A stretch of 64,000 bases of DNA, from NCBI GenBank assembly GCA_965222225.1, contig CBDCTK010000002.1:1408001-1472000 (forward strand), in the 5' to 3' direction. A program made the position numbers and the translations under genes. Shown here in pieces: positions 29,037 through 38,255 of this stretch. This stretch comes from Candidatus Poribacteria bacterium (GTDB lineage Bacteria > Poribacteria > WGA-4E > JAJDTR01). The notes under the pieces are model-generated. The model saw only the letters and a program-made list of their open reading frames with translations. It was not told where the DNA came from and ran no database searches. The stretch's first letter is position 1. The number at the start of each line of letters is the position of its first letter.

Positions 29037-31280
29037 CTATCTCATAATTACCATTTTCTTCGATGCACGATAATCTCCCGCCTGAAAATGGTAATAGTAA
29101 GTGCCGTTGGCTACCGGTTCTCCCTCATCGTTTTTGCCATCCCAATACACAGCAGAACCACGAGTGGTGTATTCGCCACGGTTTCGAGCGTCCGCCTGAA
29201 GTGTTCGGATACGGTTGCCATCAACACTGTGAATTGAGATTTTCACATCCGTGTTGTCAATAAGTTGATAAGGTATCCACGTCTCAGATTTGAAGGGATT
29301 TGGAAAGTTGGCAAATACTTCTGTGCTGTCCACTATCGGGTCAGCTACTTCGGTAGGTTCGGAAGTGGTTTCGGAACTTGATAATGAAAATGTATAGGAG
29401 TAAAAGCCTGAAGTGCCAGCAGCGATCAGTTGATTCATCTGCCCGGGAATTAGACCGATTGCGGAGAAATTCAGGTTTTTGAGACCGTTGTTCATTTCAA
29501 CCCAATTATCTCCCGAATCGGCAGAATAGTAAATGCCGCCGCCGCCGGTTGCAACGAATAGATAATTAGGATCCCACGGGGCAATCACAAGATCAAGAAT
29601 CTTATGTTCACCAAGACCCCGATTAATCTGCTGCCAAGACTCACCGCCGTCCAAACTCCTGTAAATACCGCTCCCATGCGTGCCCACATAAACACAATCC
29701 GAACAAGTTGGATCGGTTGCCAGAGCTAGTACTGCGTGCTCCAACTCAAGCACCACCTCCCAAGTCACTCCCCCGTCAAGCGTGCGTAGAACAGCGAGCC
29801 CCTCATAGGCATATGCCGTTATCCCCCAGGTTCCGACATAGATGATATCAGGATTTTGAGGATTGACAGCGATTTCCCAAATCGCATAGCGATTCAGTCC
29901 AGTTGGCTGCCAACTTTCCCCAGCGTCCTCACTGCGGTAAAGTCCAATATATTCAGTGCCCGCATATATTCGGTTCTGATTTGTCGGATCAATCAATAGG
30001 CTAGTGACAATTCCGGCATCAAGTCCCTGATTAATCGCACGCCACGTCCTACCGGAGTCCTCACTTAAGAAAATACCCGCCCCGTCCGAGGCTGCATAAA
30101 TTCGATTCGGATGGCCTGGCGAAATAGCCAGGTCAATTGTCGTCTTATTGGTTATTCCCGAATCTGACAGATGCCAATTCCTTCCTTCGTCTCTTGTGAC
30201 ATATAACCCAGCCCCCCAAGTGGTTGCAACCATCATGCGCGAATCTGCCGGGTTTATGGCGAAACTGCTGATATTGATATTGGTCAACCCCTCATTCCAC
30301 AGGATCCACGCGTCAGATATCGTTTTGCGAAACACGCCCGCACCCCAGGTGCCCACCAAAAGGCCCGTCGCCAACGGCTCAATCGAGCGAACATCGAACT
30401 GTAAAAGCGCGAATTCGCTTTCCCAAGTATTTCCACGGTCACGGCTAATGAAAAATCCTGCGCGCGCGCCGGCGTATACGAGGTCCGGGTTTCGAGGGTC
30501 AACCTCAAGGACTCGGATGGAGCCGTAAGGGTATGTCTTGGGTATTCCAGAATTAATCGGCTCCCAACTTTCACCCATATCACGGCTACGAAAAATGCCA
30601 TGATCGTATGTCCCCGCGTACCACATATCTGTCATAGGCTGATACGCTAGACAACGAATCTTCCTTGAGGAAATCCCAGAATTAACCGGGGTCCAGCGTG
30701 TGCCTCCGTCCTCACTCTTAAACACACCTCCTCCCGTGGTCGCCGCGAAGATGATATTTTCATGCTCAGAATGGAACTCAACAGTGCGAATTAGAGTGGC
30801 GTTTTCAAGCCCTTGATTCCTGAGTTCCCAGGTCACCCCTCGATCACGGCTGATTGCGATCTCATTGTAGTATGCTACTAAACATATCAAATTAGGGAAC
30901 TTGGGGTGCCACTCTATGTCAAGTATGCTGTCTTTGGTAAATCGATTCGTCTTTGCCCACGTGAGCCCAGCGTTGTGACTGACATGTAACCCGTTTGATT
31001 GCAGCCCCGCAAAGATTGTACCAGGCACTTGCGGGTGAATTGCCAACGCATTAACAGTGAGATTCCGTAAACCAATCTGTTTCCAGTTTGCACAGGCTAC
31101 TTCCCGCCGGAAGACACCATCTCCTCGTGTACCAGCATAGACATAAAGGTCGTTTGAAACCATCGCCCTGACAACACCGCCATATATTGGTCCAAGCGGT
31201 GCCCAACGGTCAATGTCCGCGTAAGCACTGGCCATAAATCCGAACAAAATTCCAATTACAAAACCAAATCCCCTTCTCAT
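29037..31280 (-). CDS. secreted BNR/VPS10-type beta-propeller protein with C-terminal FlgD-Ig/secretion-tail domain
   Basis: Signal peptide; many SxDxGxxW Asp-boxes; ANFPNPFKSETWIPYQL..WDGKNDEGEPVANGTYYY. Confidence 0.88.
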   Translation of the reverse strand: MRRGFGFVIGILFGFMASAYADIDRWAPLGPIYGGVVRAMVSNDLYVYAGTRGDGVFRREVACANWKQIGLRNLTVNALAIHPQVPGTIFAGLQSNGLHVSHNAGLTWAKTNRFTKDSILDIEWHPKFPNLICLVAYYNEIAISRDRGVTWELRNQGLENATLIRTVEFHSEHENIIFAATTGGGVFKSEDGGTRWTPVNSGISSRKIRCLAYQPMTDMWYAGTYDHGIFRSRDMGESWEPINSGIPKTYPYGSIRVLEVDPRNPDLVYAGARAGFFISRDRGNTWESEFALLQFDVRSIEPLATGLLVGTWGAGVFRKTISDAWILWNEGLTNINISSFAINPADSRMMVATTWGAGLYVTRDEGRNWHLSDSGITNKTTIDLAISPGHPNRIYAASDGAGIFLSEDSGRTWRAINQGLDAGIVTSLLIDPTNQNRIYAGTEYIGLYRSEDAGESWQPTGLNRYAIWEIAVNPQNPDIIYVGTWGITAYAYEGLAVLRTLDGGVTWEVVLELEHAVLALATDPTCSDCVYVGTHGSGIYRSLDGGESWQQINRGLGEHKILDLVIAPWDPNYLFVATGGGGIYYSADSGDNWVEMNNGLKNLNFSAIGLIPGQMNQLIAAGTSGFYSYTFSLSSSETTSEPTEVADPIVDSTEVFANFPNPFKSETWIPYQLIDNTDVKISIHSVDGNRIRTLQADARNRGEYTTRGSAVYWDGKNDEGEPVANGTYYYHFQAGDYRASKKMVIMR

Positions 31281-31562
31281 TTCCTTGTCTCCGGTTCTCT
31301 AAATCTCAAGATTGGATATTCAAGATAGATATGTATAAACGCGTAAGTAGCATAGTGAGATTCCTCCTGTTACTCTTTTGCTAGCCAATCAACACACAAG
31401 GAGCGGCAAGATAGAATTCTTTAAATATTCTGCCACAACTCCCAATGTTAAGCAAGGTAAAGTCGTATCTTGCTTTTGGCTTGACGTAAATGCTTTAGGT
31501 TTGTTATCCTTAATTTAGGAAATTATCGATGCTGGCAATGCTTCATAATGGGGGAGATACGG

Positions 31563-31868
31563 ATGCCAAACTACGTAACGGTTGCCAAAATCTCTGATAT
31601 TCGATCAGGACGCGGTAAAGCATTCACGTTCAAAGGGCGCCGAATTGCGGTCTTCAACGATGACGGAGATTTCTGCGCTTTGAGCAATATTTGCGCCCAT
31701 GCAATGGGATCACTTGGAAGGGGTCGAGTTAGAAATGGGGTAGTCGTTTGTCCAATTCACGGCTATACATACGACGCCAAGACGGGTGTGTGTCAAACTG
31801 ATGCACGATTGCGAGTCGAAGCGTATGAGGTCATGGTCGAAGATGGTGAAGTCAAAATTATGGAGTAA
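31563..31868 (+). CDS. Rieske-type ferredoxin (NirD/dioxygenase ferredoxin-like)
   Basis: CAH..CPIHG motifs, about 100 aa. Confidence 0.88.
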   Translation: MPNYVTVAKISDIRSGRGKAFTFKGRRIAVFNDDGDFCALSNICAHAMGSLGRGRVRNGVVVCPIHGYTYDAKTGVCQTDARLRVEAYEVMVEDGEVKIME

Positions 31869-31877
31869 GAAAAAGGT

Positions 31878-32292
31878 GGCTCTTCAGAGTTAAGTGTGGA
31901 AATGGAATTAACTTAGGACTTACGAAGTGACGCATCCAAAGGATTGTAGGAGCAATCTCCGAATCGCCACCTCCTATCGCGAGCAAAACTCGCTCCTACA
32001 GAAGACACGCAATAAAGGGATTTCTATCGCAGTCGCTATTCGCTCCCTTGATCGCGACTACAAACCGAATAGTGTAAATCCTATATGCATAATTCTTGGT
32101 TGAAATGACTATATCTGTTCCAATCTCGGCAGAAACCACTCGGTAGTTGGAAGTGTCAAGCAGTTGTGTCAAGAGCGCATACATCGGAGCCTCCAGAACC
32201 ATATTGGGTATCATTGCAATCAACTTGGACTCATAAGGGCAAACGCGCGTTCCCGTAGCAAGTTTCATTCCCACACTTAACCCTGAAGACCC
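31878..32292. mobile_element. non-autonomous MITE-like element (415 bp)
   Basis: 27-bp TIRs with 24/27 identity (GGCTCTTCAGAGTTAAGTGTGGAAATG vs GGGTCTTCAGGGTTAAGTGTGGGAATG); flanking 8-bp near-duplication AAAAAGGT/AAAAAAGT; no transposase. Confidence 0.75.
31945..32062. repeat. GTAG-type REP doublet plus a third REP-like hairpin nested in the MITE
   Basis: TGTAGGAGC...GCTCCTACA inverted pair (31945-32000), one arm GTAGGAGCGAGTTTTGCTCGCGAT; minus-strand GTAGTCGCGAT..ATAGCGACTGC. Confidence 0.7.
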
Positions 32293-32322
32293 AAAAAAGT
32301 ATAGTCACGGTTTAACGGGCAA

Positions 32323-33966
32323 ATGATGAAACGTCAACTTTTATTCATCGTAATCATTACTGGATACGTGTCGGTTGCCATTCTACCGACATGTGCCCGG
32401 CCTACGAATACTTCAGCCCACTGGTTGCTTGCAGATACCAACCCTGATGCCCGTTCACGTGCGGATTTTGAGGCATTCATTGACCTCTTGGTTGCTCGCG
32501 GAAACGTACCTTCCAATCGGATACAGCACATTGAGGCAGAGCAATGCACCAAGGCAGGGATTTACAAAGCAATTCGGAACCTCGCTTCTCGTATGCAACA
32601 TGGAGAACGGTTCATCTTCTTCTATCGTGGAGGAGTGACCAAACCGCCTAGAACAAACTCGATATATCTATTATCCCACGGCGCCGGATCAGCGAACTTA
32701 GCGGAAGCCGTGCAGGATACAGAATTGAACCGTTGGTTTCGTGAAGCTGGCGCTAAACATGTAACCGTTCTCTTTGACGGCTACACCAACGATCAGAGCA
32801 TCTATGCCTACCTTGCCAACCGTGAACTGCTTGGCGTGGCAGCGCTTGTATCAATTAAGTCTGCCAAAAAAGATGAAGACTCCCTGCTTCGGTCGGTGTT
32901 GTCGGCACTCAACATTGATGCGAGTGATATTGACGACAATCGGAAAATTGCTATTGGTGAACTCCACGAGTATGTTGTCACAATAACGCCACCACAGGAA
33001 AGCATTGTTGTGCCAACCGGGCCCGTGGAGACACCCATTCTTAAACTCCCCCCGATGCTCAAAATCACTACTGTTCCGGAGGGAGCGTCGGTATTTCTAA
33101 ATGGCGAAGATATAGGCGCAACCCCTCAGCGCGTGATTGATAACCTAAAGAGGGGAAACTACGAAATTCGGGTTAAGAAGCAAGGTTATTTCATTCCACC
33201 GACGCGCTCTACGGAAGTTGGCATGAACCAAGGGGAAGCTGTTGAAGTTTCTTGGGCACTAAAACCAATCACGGTGTATGGAAAAATCAATCTTCCCGGG
33301 AGTAAGGTACTAGAACAGATAACCGTATGGATTGAGGATACAATTCACAAACAGACAATAGGCTTGGACGGAAATTATTGTTTTGGGGATTGGGACGCTG
33401 ATGATTTACTGTCGGTTGGAAAAACGTATACGCTAAAGTCGGAGGCAGCAGAGATTTACCACGCTGAAACCACTTTTACCTTTGAAGGACATGATGCGAT
33501 TGAACGCAATCTGACTCTTGCCGAAAAAACGTGGTTTCAAGTCGCTCAGGAACGATTCGATCAAAAGGATAATGAGGGAGCAATTGCAGCGTTTCAAAAC
33601 GGCATTGAAATTACGACCGAGTTTCCGCCACTATCTCCAGAGTTGACAGTGCTGCTTTTCAACTCGTTCTCAGCTGCCGTTGACAGCATGAATATAGAAA
33701 ATATCGCCTACCTAGTCGCCACGGCGCAATTGTCAGATAGATTTGGAGATAAAGAATCTTCCAAAATCTACTGGAACCGAGTCAAGTCGCAAGCAAATAA
33801 AGGAACGGTTGAATACGACCTAGCGTCGAAACGATTGCGAGAGTTAAATTTGACCCATTATATCCTCAACGGGGCGCTCATTGTTCTTCTGGTTGTTGTG
33901 CTAATCTCCGGTGGGTATACCGCGAGAAAATATTTGGCGAGAAAAAAAGCGGGGAATGACTCATAG
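32323..33966 (+). CDS. exported, C-terminally anchored PEGA-domain protein with inactive caspase-like domain
   Basis: Signal peptide; FFYRGG and LFDGY at caspase His/Cys positions; DIDDNRKIAIGELHEYV; PEGASVFLNG..GATP; C-terminal TM plus basic tail. Confidence 0.7.
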   Translation: MMKRQLLFIVIITGYVSVAILPTCARPTNTSAHWLLADTNPDARSRADFEAFIDLLVARGNVPSNRIQHIEAEQCTKAGIYKAIRNLASRMQHGERFIFFYRGGVTKPPRTNSIYLLSHGAGSANLAEAVQDTELNRWFREAGAKHVTVLFDGYTNDQSIYAYLANRELLGVAALVSIKSAKKDEDSLLRSVLSALNIDASDIDDNRKIAIGELHEYVVTITPPQESIVVPTGPVETPILKLPPMLKITTVPEGASVFLNGEDIGATPQRVIDNLKRGNYEIRVKKQGYFIPPTRSTEVGMNQGEAVEVSWALKPITVYGKINLPGSKVLEQITVWIEDTIHKQTIGLDGNYCFGDWDADDLLSVGKTYTLKSEAAEIYHAETTFTFEGHDAIERNLTLAEKTWFQVAQERFDQKDNEGAIAAFQNGIEITTEFPPLSPELTVLLFNSFSAAVDSMNIENIAYLVATAQLSDRFGDKESSKIYWNRVKSQANKGTVEYDLASKRLRELNLTHYILNGALIVLLVVVLISGGYTARKYLARKKAGNDS

Positions 33967-34034
33967 CGCGTTTTAGAGATTTGTGCGGACATGCACGTTT
34001 CCTCATATCTCTTGCGTTTTACGGGAGTTAACGA

Positions 34035-35075
34035 ATGTTCTTCTTCAAGTTCTTGAGACGAAAGCAGTACCAACAATTGCTTGACGTACCAAGACGTCTT
34101 CGACAGCAGTGTAGGCAGTTTGAAATGAACGCCAAACTCCTTGAAAAAGAGAAAAAGGATCTAAAGGAGGAATACCGGAGAGAGCGGGCGGATCTTGATG
34201 CGCGATTGAAAAAACTGCGGCATCAAGCACAGGATTATGAATCGCTTCAAGTAAGATTCCAGAAGTTGAAAGACGACGTAGAAACCCAAATTGCGGAGGG
34301 AATTGACACAGAAATCAAGAAATTGGGACTTAGCCCAGCCCAAGTCGAGACGCTTTGGGCAGATAGAAAAGATCTCATTGAGTTGTACCTCAAGAAACTT
34401 TACTCGCTCGCGAAAAAGTTTGCCATGTCGAACAAAGAGATGAGAAAAAACCGAGGTTTATTCCTGTTACTCGTCGATCAACGTAACATGGCGAGTGATA
34501 ATTTCTCGGAATTCCACGACGGTCAGACAGAAAACCTCACACAGGAAAAATACAAGAAGATTGATGGAATACCTCATATCTTCTCTTCCAATATTGATGA
34601 AGTTCTTGATTATATGGGTGAGAAAGTTGCGATACAGGATGAGAGCGGGGAGATTACCGGCTATGAAGAGCGCGATGGCGCTTTGCTAATCAATTTAAAG
34701 GGATTAGCTTTCCGATCGTGCATTATGGTGGAAGGAGTTCGTACACATCAAGTGTACGAGAAAGTCGAGGCGTTGCAAAAGGGAAGCGCTAAGCACAATG
34801 CAGGTATCTATGCATCATCATTGGACGAAGTTTTGGCGGCGATTATAGTCAGCGAGGAAAACAGTGAAGTTGTTTTATTTCGAGATGGGCAATTTGTTAA
34901 GAGTTTTGATCCCTTCACGGATACAGAAACGTTAAGACATCAGCAACTTACCCACGTTCAACTTCAAAAGGAAATCGGCTCGGCAGAGGTTAGAGCGCTA
35001 CCGGAGGTCAGCGTTGTCCAAAATGTTGAAGTGGAAAGAGAAGATTCCTATGTTTCCGCACCCCCTGCAGGTTAA
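34035..35075 (+). CDS. coiled-coil protein with DisA_N (diadenylate cyclase-like) domain
   Basis: RDGALLI, GSAKHNAG (canonical GTRHRA), IIVSEE. Confidence 0.75.
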   Translation: MFFFKFLRRKQYQQLLDVPRRLRQQCRQFEMNAKLLEKEKKDLKEEYRRERADLDARLKKLRHQAQDYESLQVRFQKLKDDVETQIAEGIDTEIKKLGLSPAQVETLWADRKDLIELYLKKLYSLAKKFAMSNKEMRKNRGLFLLLVDQRNMASDNFSEFHDGQTENLTQEKYKKIDGIPHIFSSNIDEVLDYMGEKVAIQDESGEITGYEERDGALLINLKGLAFRSCIMVEGVRTHQVYEKVEALQKGSAKHNAGIYASSLDEVLAAIIVSEENSEVVLFRDGQFVKSFDPFTDTETLRHQQLTHVQLQKEIGSAEVRALPEVSVVQNVEVEREDSYVSAPPAG

Positions 35076-35201
35076 AGAAAACATGCAACGTGGCTACAAA
35101 TAGTAATCAAGCGTGGCTTTCGAAAGGAAAAGAGGAAGGGCTGAAAGCCATACTTCCCTTTTCCATCCTTCCTCACGGCAGTACATTTCTCCCTTAAGAT
35201 G

Positions 35202-36722
35202 CTACACTTCGTAGCGCAAATGAACAACTTTGTTAATCGCGTCAATGTACGCCTTTGCGCTAGCTTCAATGATGTCCGTACTTGCACCGTAACCGACAAT
35301 TGAATGCTGATTGTCCTGAACCCTGATTGTCACCTCTCCCATAGCATCTTTCCCCTCCGTCACGGACCTAATACTGTAATCTGCAAGAACAAGAGGAATC
35401 TTAGCGACGCGATCAATCGCTTTATAGGCTGCGTCGACAGGCCCGTCGCCCGTTGATGCTTCTTCAATGAGGCCCTCCTCCGTTAATATACCCACGGTAG
35501 TTGTAGGTGAAATCTTCGTTCCGCAAACGACTTGGATATATTCAAGTTGGAAAGTTTCCGGAATTGAGCGAACCTCGTCGCGCATGATTGCATCAAGATC
35601 GGCGTCGTGGACCGCCTTCTTCTTGTCTGCGATTTCAAGGAAGCGTTCATAGATTTTATCGAGTTTTTCCTGTGTGAGATTGTAGCCAAGCACGCTTAAA
35701 CGGTGTCTCAGCGCGTTCCGACCGGATCGTGGACTGAGGATGATCTGGCTCTCTTGCCAACCCACATCTTCGGGATCGATAATCTCAAACGTATCCCGCT
35801 GCTTTATCACGCCATCTTGATGAATACCCGAGCTATGTGCAAAGGCGTTGGCACCGACGATGGCTTTGTTTGGCTGAACCGGAATACCCATGGTTCGGCT
35901 GACTCGGCGGCTTATCGGCACAATCTCCTTCGGTTCGATGCCAGTATGGTACCCCTCGAAATAATCGTTGCGCGTTCGAATTGCCATCACAATCTCTTCC
36001 AACGAAGTATTTCCTGCCCGCTCCCCAAGCCCGTTAACGGTGCACTCGACCTGACGTGCTCCGTTTTTGATTGCTTCCAAACTGTTCGCCACGGCAAGAC
36101 CAAGATCATTGTGGCAGTGGACGCTAATGACCGTGTCACCGATATTCGCAATACTAACAAATATCTTGGCAATCAACTTCCCGAAATCTGACGGCATTGC
36201 GTACCCTACGGTATCAGGAATATTGATGATGGTTGCCCCGGCGTCAATTGCCGCCTCAATCACCTTGAACAGATAACTAGGTTCCGTCCGTGCGGCGTCC
36301 ATTGGTGAAAATTCAACGGTTTCACATAGGCTCCTTGCATAAGTCACGGCATCAACCGTTCGCTTCAGTATTGTCTCACGATCGGAGCGAGTAATTCCCG
36401 CGACGTGAATATCCGATGTGCCGACAAAGGTATGGATACGAGGCTTTTTGGCATCCTTGATCGCACCCCACGCCGCAGTGATGTCTTTCTCAACGATTCG
36501 TGAAAGCGCGCATATTTCTGGGCCTTCTACTTCGTTCGCAATGCGTTCCACCGCATCGAAGTCACCAGGTGATGAGACTGGGAAGCCGGCTTCGATAATA
36601 TCAACATTCAACTTAGCCAGATGTTGGGCAATTTCTAACTTCTCTTCGAGATTCAACGCGGCGCCCGGGGTCTGCTCGGCATCACGAAGGGTTGTATCAA
36701 AAATGTAAACTTGCTCAGACAT
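35202..36722 (-). CDS. leuA: 2-isopropylmalate synthase
   Basis: IFDTTLRD, HCHND, GERAGN, HSSGIHQDG, GDGPVDA regulatory domain; alternative in-frame start at 36833. Confidence 0.97.
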   Translation of the reverse strand: MSEQVYIFDTTLRDAEQTPGAALNLEEKLEIAQHLAKLNVDIIEAGFPVSSPGDFDAVERIANEVEGPEICALSRIVEKDITAAWGAIKDAKKPRIHTFVGTSDIHVAGITRSDRETILKRTVDAVTYARSLCETVEFSPMDAARTEPSYLFKVIEAAIDAGATIINIPDTVGYAMPSDFGKLIAKIFVSIANIGDTVISVHCHNDLGLAVANSLEAIKNGARQVECTVNGLGERAGNTSLEEIVMAIRTRNDYFEGYHTGIEPKEIVPISRRVSRTMGIPVQPNKAIVGANAFAHSSGIHQDGVIKQRDTFEIIDPEDVGWQESQIILSPRSGRNALRHRLSVLGYNLTQEKLDKIYERFLEIADKKKAVHDADLDAIMRDEVRSIPETFQLEYIQVVCGTKISPTTTVGILTEEGLIEEASTGDGPVDAAYKAIDRVAKIPLVLADYSIRSVTEGKDAMGEVTIRVQDNQHSIVGYGASTDIIEASAKAYIDAINKVVHLRYEV

Positions 36723-36898
36723 TGTGTTATTCTCCTTTTCGGTAGTTTCCACAATTTCGGTCCGTTGTTTCAAGGACGTGAGATTGCGTTCAGCGTCGCG
36801 CAAATCCGATTCTTCGGTCGTCTTCAACCCCATCTACATCACCTCCTTCGCGGATTCAAATCCGCCTTGATTAGGTATCGAACTCCATGCTTTATTCT

Positions 36899-37915
36899 CT
36901 AGACTTCCCGACCTATCGCGCCGGCGATTGATTTAAGGTCGAGCATGAGTTGATCGAATTGATCGGGAAATAGCGACTGCACCCCATCGCCGGTCATCGA
37001 ACTGTCTGGGTCGTGATGAACTTCCAGAAGTAGTCCATCCGCTCCTGCGGCAATAGCCGCTTTCGACATTGGTGTAACAAGGCTCCGGATACCTGTTCCA
37101 TGACTTGGATCTACGACGATAGGCAGATGGCTCAACTCCTTAATCACTGGCACCGCGTTTAGGTCAAGCGTGTTCCGTGTGTGCGTCTCAAAGGTACGAA
37201 TTCCGCGTTCGCACAGAATCACGTTTGGGTTACCTTCGGAAAGGATATATTCGGCTGCGAGCAACCATTCCTCAATCGTTGCCGCAAATCCACGTTTTAG
37301 AACTACGGGCTTGCCCGATCTCCCTACCTCGCGCAGAAGATAGAAGTTCTGCATATTCCGTGTCCCAAGTTGAAAAATATCTGTGTACCTGCCAACGAGC
37401 TCGACATCGTGTGGCGTCATGACTTCCGTGATAATTCCAAGCCCCGTTACCCGCCTTGCCTCCGCGAGCATCTTGAGAGCAGGCTCGCCATGGCCCTGGA
37501 AATTGTAGGGGCCTGTGCGTGGTTTGAATGCGCCACCTCGAATGAAGGTCGCACCCGATTTCGCAATTTCTTCTGCAATTGTGACAATCTGCTCGGTATT
37601 CTCAACTGCGCACGGTCCTGCCATAACGATAAGCTTTTTACCACCTATCTTCGTGCCGTTGGCTTCAACAGTCGTTGGTTCACCACGAAATTGACGGCTC
37701 GCCAACTTGTATGGTGCGCTTATCGGCATCGTGCTTTCGACCCCCGACATTGATTCAATTGGCATGTCACCAAGTCGTGTTTTATCACCAATGACTCCAA
37801 TAACAGTACGTTCTTCGCCGATAGACGGTTGCGCTTTCACGCCGGCAGCCTCGATTCGTTTAATAATATGGTCTATCTGTTCTTGCGATGCCCCAAGTTC
37901 CATAATAATCACCAT
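36899..37915 (-). CDS. aroF: DAHP synthase type I-beta with N-terminal regulatory domain
   Basis: [38 protein letters not shown]. Confidence 0.95.
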   Translation of the reverse strand: MVIIMELGASQEQIDHIIKRIEAAGVKAQPSIGEERTVIGVIGDKTRLGDMPIESMSGVESTMPISAPYKLASRQFRGEPTTVEANGTKIGGKKLIVMAGPCAVENTEQIVTIAEEIAKSGATFIRGGAFKPRTGPYNFQGHGEPALKMLAEARRVTGLGIITEVMTPHDVELVGRYTDIFQLGTRNMQNFYLLREVGRSGKPVVLKRGFAATIEEWLLAAEYILSEGNPNVILCERGIRTFETHTRNTLDLNAVPVIKELSHLPIVVDPSHGTGIRSLVTPMSKAAIAAGADGLLLEVHHDPDSSMTGDGVQSLFPDQFDQLMLDLKSIAGAIGREV

Positions 37916-37958
37916 GGTCGCTGTCTCCCTATCGGATTTCCACTTCTCTTCCATATAC

Positions 37959-38000
37959 AAAAAAAGCCCACCATCGACTCTTGTGTCAATGATGGGCTTT
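37959..38000 (-). terminator. attenuator terminator upstream of aroF
   Basis: AAAGCCCATCATTGAC-loop-GTCGATGGTGGGC followed by T7. Confidence 0.85.
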
Positions 38001-38024
38001 GTTAATCAATTAGTGTAGATAATT

Positions 38025-38177
38025 CTATGAAATCATTACTATCGACACCAGCCCATCATCGGAGCGCAAATACAACAAGAATGCATAAAGCACCCAAGCA
38101 TAGACACAACAATAATATACGACATCGTAGCTGTCGAACTGATTTGCTAGGCTGGTATGTAGATGCGGAAGGCACAT
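38025..38177 (-). CDS. aroF-leuA leader peptide (50 aa, Tyr/aromatic/Leu/Val-rich)
   Basis: MCLPHLHTSLANQFDSYDVVYYCCVYAWVLYAFLLYLRSDDGLVSIVMIS; contains antiterminator GATGATGGGCT complementary to the terminator 5' arm. Confidence 0.7.
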   Translation of the reverse strand: MCLPHLHTSLANQFDSYDVVYYCCVYAWVLYAFLLYLRSDDGLVSIVMIS

Positions 38178-38221
38178 AAGTCTCGGTTATTGAATCACAA
38201 GTTTACCAATTTCCACCTTGT

Positions 38222-38250
38222 AGTGTAACAAACATGTTTGTAAATGTCAA
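38222..38250 (-). promoter_or_regulatory. sigma70 promoter of the aroF leader
   Basis: TTGACA-N17-TACACT. Confidence 0.7.
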
Positions 38251-38255
38251 GTTTA

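Noticed and set aside
31996-32274. 92-aa ORF inside the MITE
   Set aside because: Starts in the TIR, runs through REP hairpins, no transposase motifs
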